Source: a virus
Length of the DNA: 64,000 nt
Strand: one strand, 5' to 3'
IMG/VR virus record: IMGVR_UViG_3300020183_000020
Span: 32,001-96,000 of that record
This document shows, piece after piece, positions 47,232 to 59,800 of this stretch; position 1 is the first letter of the stretch, and each line of letters begins with the position of its first letter. A model generated the notes under the pieces. It ran no database searches and was not told the DNA's origin. It saw nothing but the letters and a program-made list of their open reading frames with translations. The position numbers and the translations under genes were made by a program.

Positions 47232-50200
47232 ATGACTAAGTTTCTATCTACCGTAAGCAGAAATCTATCCCCCTCCAACTACTCTTGGGACTCCGTTGTT
47301 CATCAACAATCCCGCCCTCTATTGGATAGTGAACTCAATCTATCCCAAGACATCCTCTCCGAAAAGTCTCGGATTGACCTGCCTTCAGGCATCCTTTCCC
47401 GTTATCCAATAAACGAGTCGGTTGGCAGTCTTATTTTCTCTCCCACTACTCCAAATGAGTTTGGGGTAAATCCCTTTAAGGCGTTGGTGGCGGGGAAAAT
47501 CCTTGAAGTAAAAGGAACCAACTCCACAACAGATGTGAATAAAATCTACTTGCCAGCCCCTGAGACGACCTCAGGTCCGGGTACGGACTTAAAGAGAACG
47601 GATTTCGTATTCCTTGAAATGTGGCTTCAAGAAGTAACCCCTTCTATGAACGCTCGCTCTCGACTAAGGGTTGTAGGGGTTCTTACAGGCGATACTCTCA
47701 CTATTGGTGATGGGATTAATCCTGATATCATCCTAACTGAGGGTACCGACTTCTTTGTTGGTGTTTCAAACCCCCACACGGCAAGAAACATAGCGGAAGC
47801 CATCAATGATTATGATGGACTCAACCTAGGTTTGACAATTGGCGGGGTCACCATCACGGCTGAAACAAGAGGCACGGACTTTTTATTTCTTCTGATGACG
47901 GGAGGTGCGAACGGAAACAATATCACCTTTACCCCTAGTTCTCTCACATCTATTGAGGTCATCAACTCACCCTCAGGGGGGACAACGGGTACGGGTAAAC
48001 CTGATGCGGATCATATTTATTATGCGGGGAATGTTCTTTCGGATAGTTCATTGTGGTTAGACGATAATATCCAAGACCCAAATATTTCCACATCGTCTAG
48101 TAGAAGAGTGCAAATCCAATATCGGATTAGAGTTCACTCTAGCACCTTCTTTAGTCCTGTGAGCACACCCTTTGGGTTAGACGATGGGAGCATTTATGCT
48201 CAAGGGGGTGCAGGTACAGAAGTGGTGGGTCGCATCTTCTCCCGTCATGATACGGATCATGGATTATGGATAGCAGGAGATGGAGACTTAACATCTTCTA
48301 CCGAGTTTTCTAGCGTAGACGGATTTGTCTATGCCATCCCATTGTTCTTTGTCTTTAGACGAAACCAAGCCGATACTGCAAGCGGGTATGGGTTTAATCC
48401 AAATGACGATGCCAACACAGGTTTGTTATCCACCCATGATGGGACATTCACAAATGCTGTCATTTGTGTTGATCCGATTCCACTTGGGGAATCGGATAGA
48501 CCTGATGGTCTATTTGCGGATGAAATATCCACATCTGATGTTTTAGACTTACGAAGAAGAGTTTTCCCACAAGGTGTAGACTTCTCAGCCGCTCTTGAAT
48601 ATCAGTTCCACGCCTTATTGGATAACACAAACAGAACATGGTTCTTAGACGAGTCGGTGTTTAACACTTATGCGGACGGCACAGGTGGCATATCCACAAC
48701 ACCCATGGTGTGTGATGTGTTTGGCTTATCCGATTTAAGTGCGGGTAATTATAAGAGAGACTTTGATCGTGTTTCGAGGAGATTCAGTACTGCCCCTTTG
48801 ATTGAGCGGACGACTATAGTTGCCTATCCACAAGGTACAACATCCCCAACGGGTGTGAGCGTTGCCTCAGCAGGTGGTGATCCTCTGAAGTGGTATGAAG
48901 GCGATGTTATCGAGATTGACTTCTCAGGTTTAAACTCAAGATCAGACGCTTTGTGGACGACCTTTGAGCCTTTAGACCCTGAAACCGATAACCCTGTTGA
49001 CTTTTGGGTGAATGGAACCCGTATCCTTGATATTGGATACTGCTGGCATGACGATACCGATGGTACGGGCAACACGGATAACACAGCCAAGTTTTCTAAG
49101 ATAGAAGTGTTATCCGAAACCTTGGTGCGATTAACCCTAGATAGGAATGATCAACTCGCCAATAGAGGCGATGGGGTTACTGCCCCTGCCCCTACGGATT
49201 GTCTTGTTGGTGATGCAACAGGGAATACGGGTAGTGAATATGGGATATACATAGAAGTGATCCTTGAATACCCTGCCTCGGATAAGGGCTTAACAGAAAC
49301 ACCAATCAGTACACTTCAACCTGATGTAACGGCTTATCCAAGAGGTGCAGTTTTAAACTTTCCTGTGGGTACGGAGCCACACTCAGATGCGGACAATGAG
49401 AAGCCATTAGTTCACTTAGAAGATCAAAGGCGAGAGTTATCCATTGAGTACATAGGTGAACAACGCACAGACGAGTTTGTTGCATATAGTGGCACGGCGG
49501 TAAGACTCCCCTATCGGATTTTTTATGATCCCACGGATGTCCTTACATTACCTGAGGTTTATGACCGTTCAGGTGGTGCAAATGATGGGGACTTATTGGC
49601 TTTAAACTTGAGCGAGTGTCAATTTGGACAAGCAGAGACAATACTTGTTTGGACAGCCGACAGCACCACTTTCCCTAGACTTGTGGAAGTGACTTGTTAT
49701 CCATTATTGGCGTGTGTTCCAAATAATGTGAAGTTCTTCGTCTATTATCGAGGCGTGTGTCCCCAAACTTGCGGGACAAAAGCGGGGAGTGTCAACTCAG
49801 GTGTCGGAGGTCTTTGTCCTGATGAGTTGGAGCTAAAACCTTTAGCTGTATCTAGGAACATCACCACCTTGCTACAGGGTGCAGGTGCAGGTAGCTCAGG
49901 TTATCCATTTTATGCCCCTTATGAACAACTTGGCACAAGTTCTAGGGCAGAGGATACTTATGGATACACGGAATGGGGTGTATTGAATGGAACAGAGGTT
50001 TATTTGGATGACTTAAGGATAAATACAGGGATGGTGGACTTGCCGAGTTTCGTTCCGTTCGTCAGTTCTGTAGGAGTGACCTTGGGGGAGATTTCGGGTG
50101 GTGGTGTGCCTGTCAAAGATGATGAAGGTCGGGTGATTTATCCGACTTTAGAAAACGCGAGCTACTTCCCCTCGGCATTTGCTAAGAACTTAAGTGCTTA

Positions 50201-50411
50201 CTACAGAGACTACAAGACTTGCCTGCCAATACTGATGCGTGTGGACTCAGATGCACACACACTTTATCGCAAAAATGAAGTGGTGTTGGTGGTGTTCATT
50301 AAGACAACACCTTGGGGCGAAGGTGTTGCGGTGGATATGAGAGAAGACAATACGAACCTCGTGGTGGCTTGTGTGTATCGCACAACACATCTCATGTTGT
50401 TGGGAGAATAA
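47232..50411 (+). CDS. Large tail/baseplate protein
   Basis: VVHQQSRPLLDSELNLSQD N-terminus; paralogue of 56821-62004. Confidence 0.75.
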   Translation: MTKFLSTVSRNLSPSNYSWDSVVHQQSRPLLDSELNLSQDILSEKSRIDLPSGILSRYPINESVGSLIFSPTTPNEFGVNPFKALVAGKILEVKGTNSTTDVNKIYLPAPETTSGPGTDLKRTDFVFLEMWLQEVTPSMNARSRLRVVGVLTGDTLTIGDGINPDIILTEGTDFFVGVSNPHTARNIAEAINDYDGLNLGLTIGGVTITAETRGTDFLFLLMTGGANGNNITFTPSSLTSIEVINSPSGGTTGTGKPDADHIYYAGNVLSDSSLWLDDNIQDPNISTSSSRRVQIQYRIRVHSSTFFSPVSTPFGLDDGSIYAQGGAGTEVVGRIFSRHDTDHGLWIAGDGDLTSSTEFSSVDGFVYAIPLFFVFRRNQADTASGYGFNPNDDANTGLLSTHDGTFTNAVICVDPIPLGESDRPDGLFADEISTSDVLDLRRRVFPQGVDFSAALEYQFHALLDNTNRTWFLDESVFNTYADGTGGISTTPMVCDVFGLSDLSAGNYKRDFDRVSRRFSTAPLIERTTIVAYPQGTTSPTGVSVASAGGDPLKWYEGDVIEIDFSGLNSRSDALWTTFEPLDPETDNPVDFWVNGTRILDIGYCWHDDTDGTGNTDNTAKFSKIEVLSETLVRLTLDRNDQLANRGDGVTAPAPTDCLVGDATGNTGSEYGIYIEVILEYPASDKGLTETPISTLQPDVTAYPRGAVLNFPVGTEPHSDADNEKPLVHLEDQRRELSIEYIGEQRTDEFVAYSGTAVRLPYRIFYDPTDVLTLPEVYDRSGGANDGDLLALNLSECQFGQAETILVWTADSTTFPRLVEVTCYPLLACVPNNVKFFVYYRGVCPQTCGTKAGSVNSGVGGLCPDELELKPLAVSRNITTLLQGAGAGSSGYPFYAPYEQLGTSSRAEDTYGYTEWGVLNGTEVYLDDLRINTGMVDLPSFVPFVSSVGVTLGEISGGGVPVKDDEGRVIYPTLENASYFPSAFAKNLSAYYRDYKTCLPILMRVDSDAHTLYRKNEVVLVVFIKTTPWGEGVAVDMREDNTNLVVACVYRTTHLMLLGE

Positions 50412-50415
50412 GATC

Positions 50416-53400
50416 ATGCCTAAGAAGTCTATCAATCAAAACGATGTGGTCATCACCTCAAACAGAGGAACTGATGAAGCCTCTTGGTTAATTGGTCTTT
50501 CCACTAACAATACACTATCCGTTAGTGCTAGTGATGTGTCTAGTTCGGGGGCTTTGGGGGGCTATCTCGGTGGGAATGTCCAAGTTAACTTGGACGATCT
50601 TACATCTGCCGCTCTACAGGATCAACCCCCTCGAATAGGATATCCCCCCATCACATACTCCAACAGGAATGGAGTCATCGCTTCACATGACGGAAGACCC
50701 GATTGGGGCGGAGCTAAGATTAACGATAACCCACCTTGGAAAACTATCCATAAAAAGTGGGCTGAAGAAAGAGAGTTACCCCACAAGGGTGTGGGAGTTA
50801 AGCAAAATGATTCAGTTTATGGGGATTTAGCACGAGAGCAATACAAGTACATAAACGAAGATGGCGTTTATGATGTGGTGGCTTTATCCTATAGAGATGA
50901 TGGAACGAATAGCTACTATGGAATAACGACACCCACTACTCCCGCACTCCCGCAGTTTTCCTCTGGCTTGAACATCGACATTCGACAAGCTGTACCCCGC
51001 CGCGTCTATAATCTCGGACTCAATGATAACACCATTTATCCATTTTTGCATGGTGGAACAGGTATAGCGGAAACTCAATCAGATATTTTCAACTCGGCTA
51101 CAGGGTTAAGTATTGGTTTTACAGGAGACTTGGCAACAGCGAGCTTGGGCGTAAAGAACTCTTTGGAGCCATCACTTGTTGTAGTCCCCTCCGCTCAAGT
51201 TTATGACCCCTTAAAATCTTACGACCTTCTCGATGCTACTTCTACGGATAATGGATTGGATAATGTGGGGTTGGTTGTTTCGGGCATCTTATTCCCTGCG
51301 GATAGGGGGACATTAGCTTTAATCCGTTTCCCCTCAGACGAGGACGGAGTAAGTGGTTCTATCCTCACACCCGCTGCCTCCACTCAAGATGTACTAGACC
51401 GCGTGGTGGCAGCAATCAACCTTGGTCAAGGTGTTGGTTTAAACGATGGACAACCCGGTGGAGCGTTGTTCAATAATCTAAACAATACGGACTTCCCTAG
51501 TCGTTTAACAGGGCAGTACGACCTATATGAACTTCATACAGGTAACTACATTCCCCACTCAACCCGATCAGGGGCTATAGGTGGATTGACAGGGGATAAG
51601 ACCAAAGGTCAGGTCAGACTTCTTTCTGACCCTATGGCGTTCAACATCAGTTCTTCGACTATCACAGGGGGCTTACCTGTTTTGTTCTCGCCTTATGTGT
51701 GGGACACCACATCAGGCACACAGACCTTAAAACAAGACAGAAACTTCCTCAGCTATAGACTACCTTTGTTATCCGATTACTCCCCCACAGGGTTAAAAAC
51801 TCCCCCTGAGGAAAGAGATAGGTTCTATGTTAAGAACAGACCCAACAAGGAAGAATATGATGTGGATTATTATCCGACCTTCGACACGGCTGGCGGATAT
51901 TTGACTTTTGGTGAGGTTGATAACTATAGTTATCAGGTTGCTCGTTATCGTCATGTGGTGACTTTGATAGAAGATTACATCGACCACCTGACAAACACCA
52001 CAGGCGTGGAGGGAGAAAGCAACTTTGGTAGCTTTGCTCTTATCCATTTCAAGACGGAGGCTGCGTTTGAGAGGCTTGTGAGAGATGGTATCGCCCCTTC
52101 TGATGAAGAAGTATATAGCAAGAACCTCATCTCTTACTCCGACATTAAAAGCAATATCGGTTACTCTCTCGGCACTTCAGGTAATGATGGCTTATTGGAT
52201 AGTTCAGAGTCGTATGAGAGAAATGCAGGGTTGTCTATATTTAGACCAAATGTGAGCTTTGAAAGAAGAGCCTTACCCCCTGTAAAAGTATCCATCTCCC
52301 ATGAGACAAAGACAAGATCATATCATCCAAGTGTAGCTGCCGAGACTACGATAGATAAGCTGAATAGCTACTTCATGTTCGTCTCAGGGGTTATTTATAC
52401 ACACCCGACTACCCATAAAGGCTATACAGGACACGCAGAAACACGAGGCGTGGATGCGGAATTTGTCCTGCCTGAAAGTATCCGTTATAGCAGGATGTCC
52501 ACAAAGATTGGGGTTTGGCAACAAACCGCAGCTTTCTTTGGTGGGACTTCTTACTCTTACACCTATTGGGATGGGGCTGAAGAAAACTCAAGTAGTCCTT
52601 TTGCTACTATCCGTCCTCTTTCACAAGTGCTGTTATCCGAGTACACAGCACAAGATAACTTGTACGCTAATAGCTACGAGTATCTAAACTCAGACCCTTT
52701 GGCATCTCAGTTTGAGTTCTATCCAAAACATCAGCAAATGTGGATAACCTTACAGGGGTTTAATGGTGAACTAGACCCAGCGGGTTATGTGTTCACGGAA
52801 GTTTTGCCCACGGGAGATGCCCCACATCCCATAACAGATTTGTCTCTTTGGGATAAGAAAGACGGCTTGTGTGTCTTTAGTTCTGTGGGAGGCAGAGCAA
52901 GTGTACTTGTCAACAATCCATATCTTCAGCACTCCAACTTGGGGGTAGATCGCGTTGCTGACAGCGTTGAGTACTCAAATATAGCCAAAGTGCTTTACCA
53001 TAGTTCCCGCAAGGTATCGCTTCTTGAGCTGTATGGACATCGACTATCCCCACAAGGCACCACAAGTTATTATGAGCCCCCCTCGACAACAGGGATCGAC
53101 ACCATCACAAGTGTCACCTACAGGGAAAACCCCGACTTTCCTTCTGGGGCATATATTTGGGGAAGCGATGGTGTGGGCATCGTTTATAACGAGTACAATC
53201 AAAACTTCAAATATGTCTATTTGTGGATAGATTGGGCAACTAATCCCACCTACCCATCACCCAAAGCTATGGGTCAATCGTTTGCCATATACCGCTATGA
53301 CGAAGAAGGATACAAGGTCTACCAAGACTTGGAGTTATTGCCTGTAGGTGGTGATGTAGATAATGGATATGCACTAGAGGCGTGTGCAGGATGGGATTGG

Positions 53401-56007
53401 GTAGATTCAATGGATGCCGACTTGTCTGTCCCGACAAGTTCAGCTTTCCGTTACCCTGTTGATCGACCCATTTATAGACCACTAGAGAACTCTAGCTCGG
53501 GAAGAACAACGGATAAAACTCACGCAGATGGGCGTTTCTTAGCTATTAAAGGTGTGACCTATTACATAGAGGTTTTGCCCTCTATCGACACTAGTGCACA
53601 TACAAACCCTCTCCTTTGGAATGAAGTAACACAAGTGCTACAGGCGAGAGATGAAACAACCGTCTCAGCAGCGGATGATTTGTGTTTAGGGTTCAGCAAT
53701 GCTGTATCTACCCCCGCATCTACTTACTACAATCTTTACTACAACTACTCGACTGTGCCGTTGACACAAGTGGAGACACTAATATCTGACCCCGCTCCAT
53801 CAGATCATCCGAGTGCGATACAGGGGGCGATATTGGCACTTAGGAAGCTGTTTCTAAATGCAGCTACGGGGTCATTTACATATACTGCCACACCTGTAGC
53901 CAACCCGCATCCCTACACCACATCCGTAAATGCAGATGGGACGATGAACTACGGATATAGGATAGTGGAGATTGTCCCTTCGGGGAGCAGGCAACTGCCT
54001 GAGTATGGAAATCTTACTATGGATACAAGGGGATTCATTTCGGTGTGTGGAGTGGGCAATCCACCTACGAATGCAGGAGATGATATCCTCGCGGTGTCTG
54101 ATCCTTCATACGCGAGAAGGGTGCCTTTGAGGTCTTTATTCACCTTGCGTAAAGACACACAAGAGAGGTTCTTAGACGAGTCTTATCGAGTGGAGTCGTT
54201 GTTCACCGATATGGAGACTGACTCTTTCAGATATAACTCAAACATGGTTGAGAACCTTAGAGGTCCAGGGCTTGCGTTTCCTACAGAGGGAGAGAATATA
54301 GCGGGTTATATCGCTTTCCCCGTGAGAGATGATTACTTTATTACTCCAAGTAATCCGCAGAGTGGAATACAGGTTTCCGAATATCAGGTAGCACCCCACG
54401 GAAAAGCGGGTTACCTGCGTAACAGTCTTCACCTTAGAAGAATAGACTCCAACTTTAGGGAGGCTCAGGTAATGGGCTTCCCTAACAGCACAAGAAATCT
54501 CCTGAGCGGGTCAAAATATGGATGCCCCCCTCGTGGGGTCTTGGTCTATCCATTTAATGACTTTGAAATGGATACTTCTATATTTTTGGGGGAGGATTTG
54601 GCGAGCAACACGATGCTCTCTGCAAATAGGGGTTTTCATACGCCCAACTCAGAAGGAGCCAATCCGAACGCGGGGGATGGTTGGATAGACGACTTGGTAG
54701 CTGAATACCCTATCTTAAGACACGCACAACCGCAGTACAACAATGTATCTGCGGGAGACATAACAAGTGTAGATGTGAATTATGTTAGGGCATTTGACGC
54801 GAACTTTGGAAAAGACCCTCGTTTAACGCCTCAGCATCCCTATTGGAACAAGGATTGGACAGAAGCGACCACAGGTGGTGCCAATATCTATCGTTCATCG
54901 ACATCTGCACAGAACTATGGGTTGATTGAGCAAAACAAATGGAACCGCGTGAGCCTTGATGATCAGGGAGTTATCCAATTTGCTCCCTTGAAGTTAAGGT
55001 TGGTGGGTGTGGATTGGGATATGATCTCTTATGTTGATCCGAACTTCCCTTTACAGCGTAGAGACGGATATGTGCATGAGATAGGTGGAGAGCTATATCT
55101 TATGCGTAAGAGAGTAATGAGAGTATTCGTTAAGGTGCCGGGTCTAACCACTTGGCTAGATGCGGGCGTAGTGGATGGGACAGAAGGGGAGAGTTATCTT
55201 CATTATGATGCGAATGCGTCTTTGATAGGAGGTCGCGACCCTAATGGATCAACAAATGAGAAGTCTCACCCAACCACAGACGGAGCAGGTTGTTGTGTTA
55301 GATATGAGGAAAAATATCTTCCTGAAGAAGGTGTGGTGTGTCTAGATTTAGATTTGAATGTTGGGTTCATACCTGCCTTTAACAATAGGTCTATCACCAC
55401 ACAAGACACCTATTTAGGCATCAGCACATCTATTGATCTAAGATACGACAACACTCTTTCGGATAGTTTGTTTGAGTTAGAACCTGCACAAGATGGATAC
55501 CTAGTGGAATCTAAGAGAGGGAGCAACAATGAAGCTCCAATCCTAGTAAAGGTTATCCTTTCTGACCCTGAGTATCCAAAATACGAGGTGAATGGAGGTG
55601 GAGACTTATTAGGTTTAGGTGGGTTTACGACTTATCCCGTGGGGGATTTGGGTGTTACAATCAAGGATATCAAGCCAGCCCCGAATAAGAGTTATATTGG
55701 TCATTCGTACCCTGCGGACGACAGAAGTCCGACATGGACGAGAAGGGGTCTTATGGGGATAGAAGTTTTACGACCTGATGGTTCTAACTATGATTACGAT
55801 CAAGCCATAGCTAGACCTGACTTTTGTGGTTTGAACCTTCATGAAGATGTGGGTTTGCACTATTGGAAACAATCGGGTGCAGATGTTTATGAATGGTATC
55901 AGCCCACACTATCCAATATGACGAATAAGATAATCTATTCTCATGAGGTGGATGCGGCAACGCGGGTGGGGAACTTGAGTTCATTGACCAATAAGGGAGA
56001 GGGTTAA
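50416..56007 (+). CDS. Large virion structural protein
   Basis: About 1860 aa within the tail operon; GGGAG RBS before MPKKS. Confidence 0.75.
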   Translation: MPKKSINQNDVVITSNRGTDEASWLIGLSTNNTLSVSASDVSSSGALGGYLGGNVQVNLDDLTSAALQDQPPRIGYPPITYSNRNGVIASHDGRPDWGGAKINDNPPWKTIHKKWAEERELPHKGVGVKQNDSVYGDLAREQYKYINEDGVYDVVALSYRDDGTNSYYGITTPTTPALPQFSSGLNIDIRQAVPRRVYNLGLNDNTIYPFLHGGTGIAETQSDIFNSATGLSIGFTGDLATASLGVKNSLEPSLVVVPSAQVYDPLKSYDLLDATSTDNGLDNVGLVVSGILFPADRGTLALIRFPSDEDGVSGSILTPAASTQDVLDRVVAAINLGQGVGLNDGQPGGALFNNLNNTDFPSRLTGQYDLYELHTGNYIPHSTRSGAIGGLTGDKTKGQVRLLSDPMAFNISSSTITGGLPVLFSPYVWDTTSGTQTLKQDRNFLSYRLPLLSDYSPTGLKTPPEERDRFYVKNRPNKEEYDVDYYPTFDTAGGYLTFGEVDNYSYQVARYRHVVTLIEDYIDHLTNTTGVEGESNFGSFALIHFKTEAAFERLVRDGIAPSDEEVYSKNLISYSDIKSNIGYSLGTSGNDGLLDSSESYERNAGLSIFRPNVSFERRALPPVKVSISHETKTRSYHPSVAAETTIDKLNSYFMFVSGVIYTHPTTHKGYTGHAETRGVDAEFVLPESIRYSRMSTKIGVWQQTAAFFGGTSYSYTYWDGAEENSSSPFATIRPLSQVLLSEYTAQDNLYANSYEYLNSDPLASQFEFYPKHQQMWITLQGFNGELDPAGYVFTEVLPTGDAPHPITDLSLWDKKDGLCVFSSVGGRASVLVNNPYLQHSNLGVDRVADSVEYSNIAKVLYHSSRKVSLLELYGHRLSPQGTTSYYEPPSTTGIDTITSVTYRENPDFPSGAYIWGSDGVGIVYNEYNQNFKYVYLWIDWATNPTYPSPKAMGQSFAIYRYDEEGYKVYQDLELLPVGGDVDNGYALEACAGWDWVDSMDADLSVPTSSAFRYPVDRPIYRPLENSSSGRTTDKTHADGRFLAIKGVTYYIEVLPSIDTSAHTNPLLWNEVTQVLQARDETTVSAADDLCLGFSNAVSTPASTYYNLYYNYSTVPLTQVETLISDPAPSDHPSAIQGAILALRKLFLNAATGSFTYTATPVANPHPYTTSVNADGTMNYGYRIVEIVPSGSRQLPEYGNLTMDTRGFISVCGVGNPPTNAGDDILAVSDPSYARRVPLRSLFTLRKDTQERFLDESYRVESLFTDMETDSFRYNSNMVENLRGPGLAFPTEGENIAGYIAFPVRDDYFITPSNPQSGIQVSEYQVAPHGKAGYLRNSLHLRRIDSNFREAQVMGFPNSTRNLLSGSKYGCPPRGVLVYPFNDFEMDTSIFLGEDLASNTMLSANRGFHTPNSEGANPNAGDGWIDDLVAEYPILRHAQPQYNNVSAGDITSVDVNYVRAFDANFGKDPRLTPQHPYWNKDWTEATTGGANIYRSSTSAQNYGLIEQNKWNRVSLDDQGVIQFAPLKLRLVGVDWDMISYVDPNFPLQRRDGYVHEIGGELYLMRKRVMRVFVKVPGLTTWLDAGVVDGTEGESYLHYDANASLIGGRDPNGSTNEKSHPTTDGAGCCVRYEEKYLPEEGVVCLDLDLNVGFIPAFNNRSITTQDTYLGISTSIDLRYDNTLSDSLFELEPAQDGYLVESKRGSNNEAPILVKVILSDPEYPKYEVNGGGDLLGLGGFTTYPVGDLGVTIKDIKPAPNKSYIGHSYPADDRSPTWTRRGLMGIEVLRPDGSNYDYDQAIARPDFCGLNLHEDVGLHYWKQSGADVYEWYQPTLSNMTNKIIYSHEVDAATRVGNLSSLTNKGEG

Positions 56008-56009
56008 CC

Positions 56010-56807
56010 ATGCCAGCCATTTTTGAACGCTCTACGGATAAACTTATCCAAGTGATCCCTAATTACCCTGCCTCATTAGAGATGGCGGGTAAGTATGTGG
56101 TTGATTATCCCGATTATTTCAGTTTGGACATAGACGAACTGAGCGTCACGCCAGGTGACGAAGCGACAATCAAGGCGGCAATACTATCTGCCAAGGATAG
56201 TCTTTATGAGACATCTTTTGCGACCTATGACAACATCCTTACGAACAATCTCATGGGTTTATCCGATATTGCTCCTTCTGCCCCCTTGAGTTTTGATTCA
56301 GCAGCGTTATTCCCTTGGGCGGCAACGGGAGAATTTTTAAGCCAAGGCATAAAGACATCCGACACAGCTAATGGATTTGCTGTAATGGGGAGATACCCAA
56401 GCGTAAACCACATAGGTGGTGGTGTGGTTACTAATGACGATACGCTAACAGGGGCGAAGTGCGTAATCACTAAAGAAATAGACATCACGGCATACACATC
56501 TGATGGATTGGGACGATCAGAGTTTATGGTTTATTTCAGAAGTGCGTTGAAGTCTTATGTGAAAGATATTTCTTACTTAGAGGGGGTAAATAGTTCTCAG
56601 CGAGGGGGTTTGTTTTACACACAATCGGACAAGAGTTCACCAAATAGGCTTAGACTATTTATTTCAGCCGACAATGGACTCAGCTATCAGGAAATGGATA
56701 GTTTAAGTTCTTTTGTCTTTCCCGTGAGGAAGGACGCGATCAGATTAGCGTTTGTGAACTTCACGAACGCAGATATCCACCTACTCTCTTTCACCTTGAT
56801 GTTCTGA
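56010..56807 (+). CDS. Virion structural protein
   Basis: Within the operon, GAGGG RBS. Confidence 0.7.
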   Translation: MPAIFERSTDKLIQVIPNYPASLEMAGKYVVDYPDYFSLDIDELSVTPGDEATIKAAILSAKDSLYETSFATYDNILTNNLMGLSDIAPSAPLSFDSAALFPWAATGEFLSQGIKTSDTANGFAVMGRYPSVNHIGGGVVTNDDTLTGAKCVITKEIDITAYTSDGLGRSEFMVYFRSALKSYVKDISYLEGVNSSQRGGLFYTQSDKSSPNRLRLFISADNGLSYQEMDSLSSFVFPVRKDAIRLAFVNFTNADIHLLSFTLMF

Positions 56808-56820
56808 AAGGGCAGATAAC

Positions 56821-59800
56821 ATGGCGAATGACAATTATGGGACAAGTGTAAGTAGAACTCTCAGCACGGACAATACTCGGTTTGCAAATGTTGTTTGGCA
56901 AGCGGGTAAGCCCCCTTTGGACAGCGAGTTGAATCTCGTGGGTCAGCTTGCATGGGAGAATCAATCGGATTTGGTTAGGTCTTTAACACACAGCGGGTTC
57001 TTACTTGATCCCCGAGATAATCTACAGGATTTCGTCTTTAATCCATTGTGGTCAAACTACTTTGAATTTGGATCAGAAGATCGCATTCCTCCATCAGCAC
57101 TTGTGAATGGTTGGGTCTTACCCCTCGCAGGTAGTGATACGGATACTGATGTCTTACCACTATCCATTAAGTTACCACCCCCACCTACAACGGGTACACG
57201 GACAGACTTTGTGTTCCTAGAGGTTTGGAAAGTGGTTCTCCCCACAGGAGCGGCTAGCATCATTAAGCCCGCTAATGGATACATTTATGATCGTGGAAAT
57301 GTGGTGAATGGGAAGTCATTAGAAGATGAACTTGTTGACCCTGAAGTTGGCTTTGAAACGACCAAAAGGGTTCAGGTGCAGTATCGACTTCGGGTGGAAG
57401 CTGGCGTTGATCTCACTTCTTATGTGGAGGGATTTTATCCAAGCATCCTTGCACAGGGACCAACATCCGCAGCGGCAGGAGGAGCCTTCACTAATGACAC
57501 TTCGGATAAGGGTTTGTGGAGAGCCACACATGGGGATACGGCAGATGGGTATGTTTATGCCCTGCCCATAGGAGCGGTCTTCAGAAGAAACTCATCCGCA
57601 TACATCATGAAAGACCCTACAGGGGGAAATCAAAACGGAGCTATCAATAGAAAGCCCTCCGCTTCAAGCGTCAATGATGCAGGGATACTCACACAAGCTA
57701 CGCTCACCAACAACATCACAGCTTCATTTACAGGAAGCATCAGCATATCCAATCTGACCAACTCAGGGATAGACGATGCCGATTTTATGGATATCTCTCC
57801 AAGATTGTTGATCCTTGGCGAGGGTTTAGAGACTGAGGTGGTCTCTATAACTTCGGTAGGTGCAGGTGTCGTAAACCTTTCCGAAAGAGGACGAGCGGGA
57901 ACACAGCCTAAAAGACACATCGCAGGTACAAAAGTATCCATTTACAATGGGCGACCTGATGGGAAATATGCGGACGAAGTTCATGCACAAGACTTCTTGG
58001 ATATGAGACACGCTGTGCGTGTGGGGGAATGGGACTATCAGTCTTTGTTGGTAGGTGCAGTATCCGATCTAATCGGGAATAAACTGCGGACAACTCAAAA
58101 GCAAAACTCCTTGGGTTCAGACAGCAGGGGTGTGGTTGTAGAAGAAGTAAGCCTTCTTCATCACACAGCCGTCAATAACACACACAAACTCGATGCCCCT
58201 AATGGTATCCGTAATGTATGGTCAGATACCGCTGTTCCCCAATATGGAATCACACTTTATTTAGACCCCTCTGTATCTACAGATGCTCGGGGCTTAACTA
58301 CTGCAACTCTCGACTCAACAGAGGCGGGCTTTTGGGAAATAGGTGCGGATTTACAGCCTAACGCATTTTTGTACCCTGCGGGATTAAATAAGGGTTCCGC
58401 TATTTTCCTTTCTCTCGATGCTTCGGTAGGCAATCTTGGATATGGTGTAAAAGGCAGTACTCCTAATAAGAGAGGTGTAAGGCTTTTATCTCCTAAGGAA
58501 AATGCCTACGAAAACCGCTTTTACAATACTGCTCCCCCCGTGAAAATCGAACTTCAAGGGGATGAAACCGAATACTATCCTAAGTCAACAGGGCAGTATG
58601 AGACACCTTTCATGGTGTTAGGTGATTTACTAAGCTCTATAGACTTCTCTGCGGATACCACGAATAACATAAAAACCCTTTACCTATCCGAGGTGTCTTA
58701 CTCCTCTGCGAGCGTGACAGCATTGGGAACCTTTGAGAATGAGGTAAAGGTTTACGCCTTTAAGACAGGAACCACATACAACTCGGCATGGGCTAACACA
58801 TCCATTTACGCTGGGGAAACCACCTATGAGACACTTATCCTTAATGGTGGGGAAGACCTATCAGGAAGGTCTTCTGAACTTTATGCCCTGATTTATGGAG
58901 ACCCAGCTAATCCCGATAACAATGGATTGTTTAGGGTTATCTCAGCGGGTGTTGTAAATAAGAGCGTCTTTTACGAAAACACCACAGGTACAGAATGGAC
59001 ACCTGCGAACAGGGAACAATGGATTGTTTGTTTGCCTGTCGGGGATAACACTAACCCCACACCCGTAAATAACCCGAGCGTTTCCTTATCTTTTGAGTTA
59101 AGAACGGAATACCTTCGGGATACGGATAGTTCTGCTGTGGTGGCGATTACATCGAGTGATCTAGCCACGGCGGATTCGTTCTATTTAAGCCTCTCTGTGC
59201 AATACCCCGCAGGATTAGGCGGGACAGCAAATGTGGCTGATGATATTCACTATATTGGGGTACAGCCTTCAGATACGACCACATTCTTGAGAAATGCGGT
59301 TTCCGCCCTCGACCCCTCTCCCGGTCAAGTCCCCTCTCTGAACCTAGACGAGATAACCCTTCCGAGTAAAAACCACCTTAGCCTTTGGAATAGACTTGGG
59401 AGCAAGGGTTGGGGCAGTAGATCGGATAGTTCTAGTTTAGGATTAAGTTATGGTGGCGTGGTGGTGAACAATGAGACGGATAGAGAGGCGGAGGCGTTTT
59501 ATGATAGCGGGAGCAAGACAATCTTGCTCCAAGCCTATCAGAAGAAGAATGTCATCCTGCACACGAAACAAGCCGCATCAGCCGTTATCCCCCTTGTTTA
59601 TTTAGACAGCACACCCACCGATGATGCGGGCATTTTTGAAACCACACATCGTGGTGTATTCGTTTTGCCCCAAACGATCATGCCTAGATTTGGCAGACAA
59701 GATATCCCACTACACACCTATTTGGGTTCAGGGGATTCGTTCTTAAATGGATTAAACCACTTATTCACAGATGTGAGCGGAAACTCTGATGCCGTCTTTA

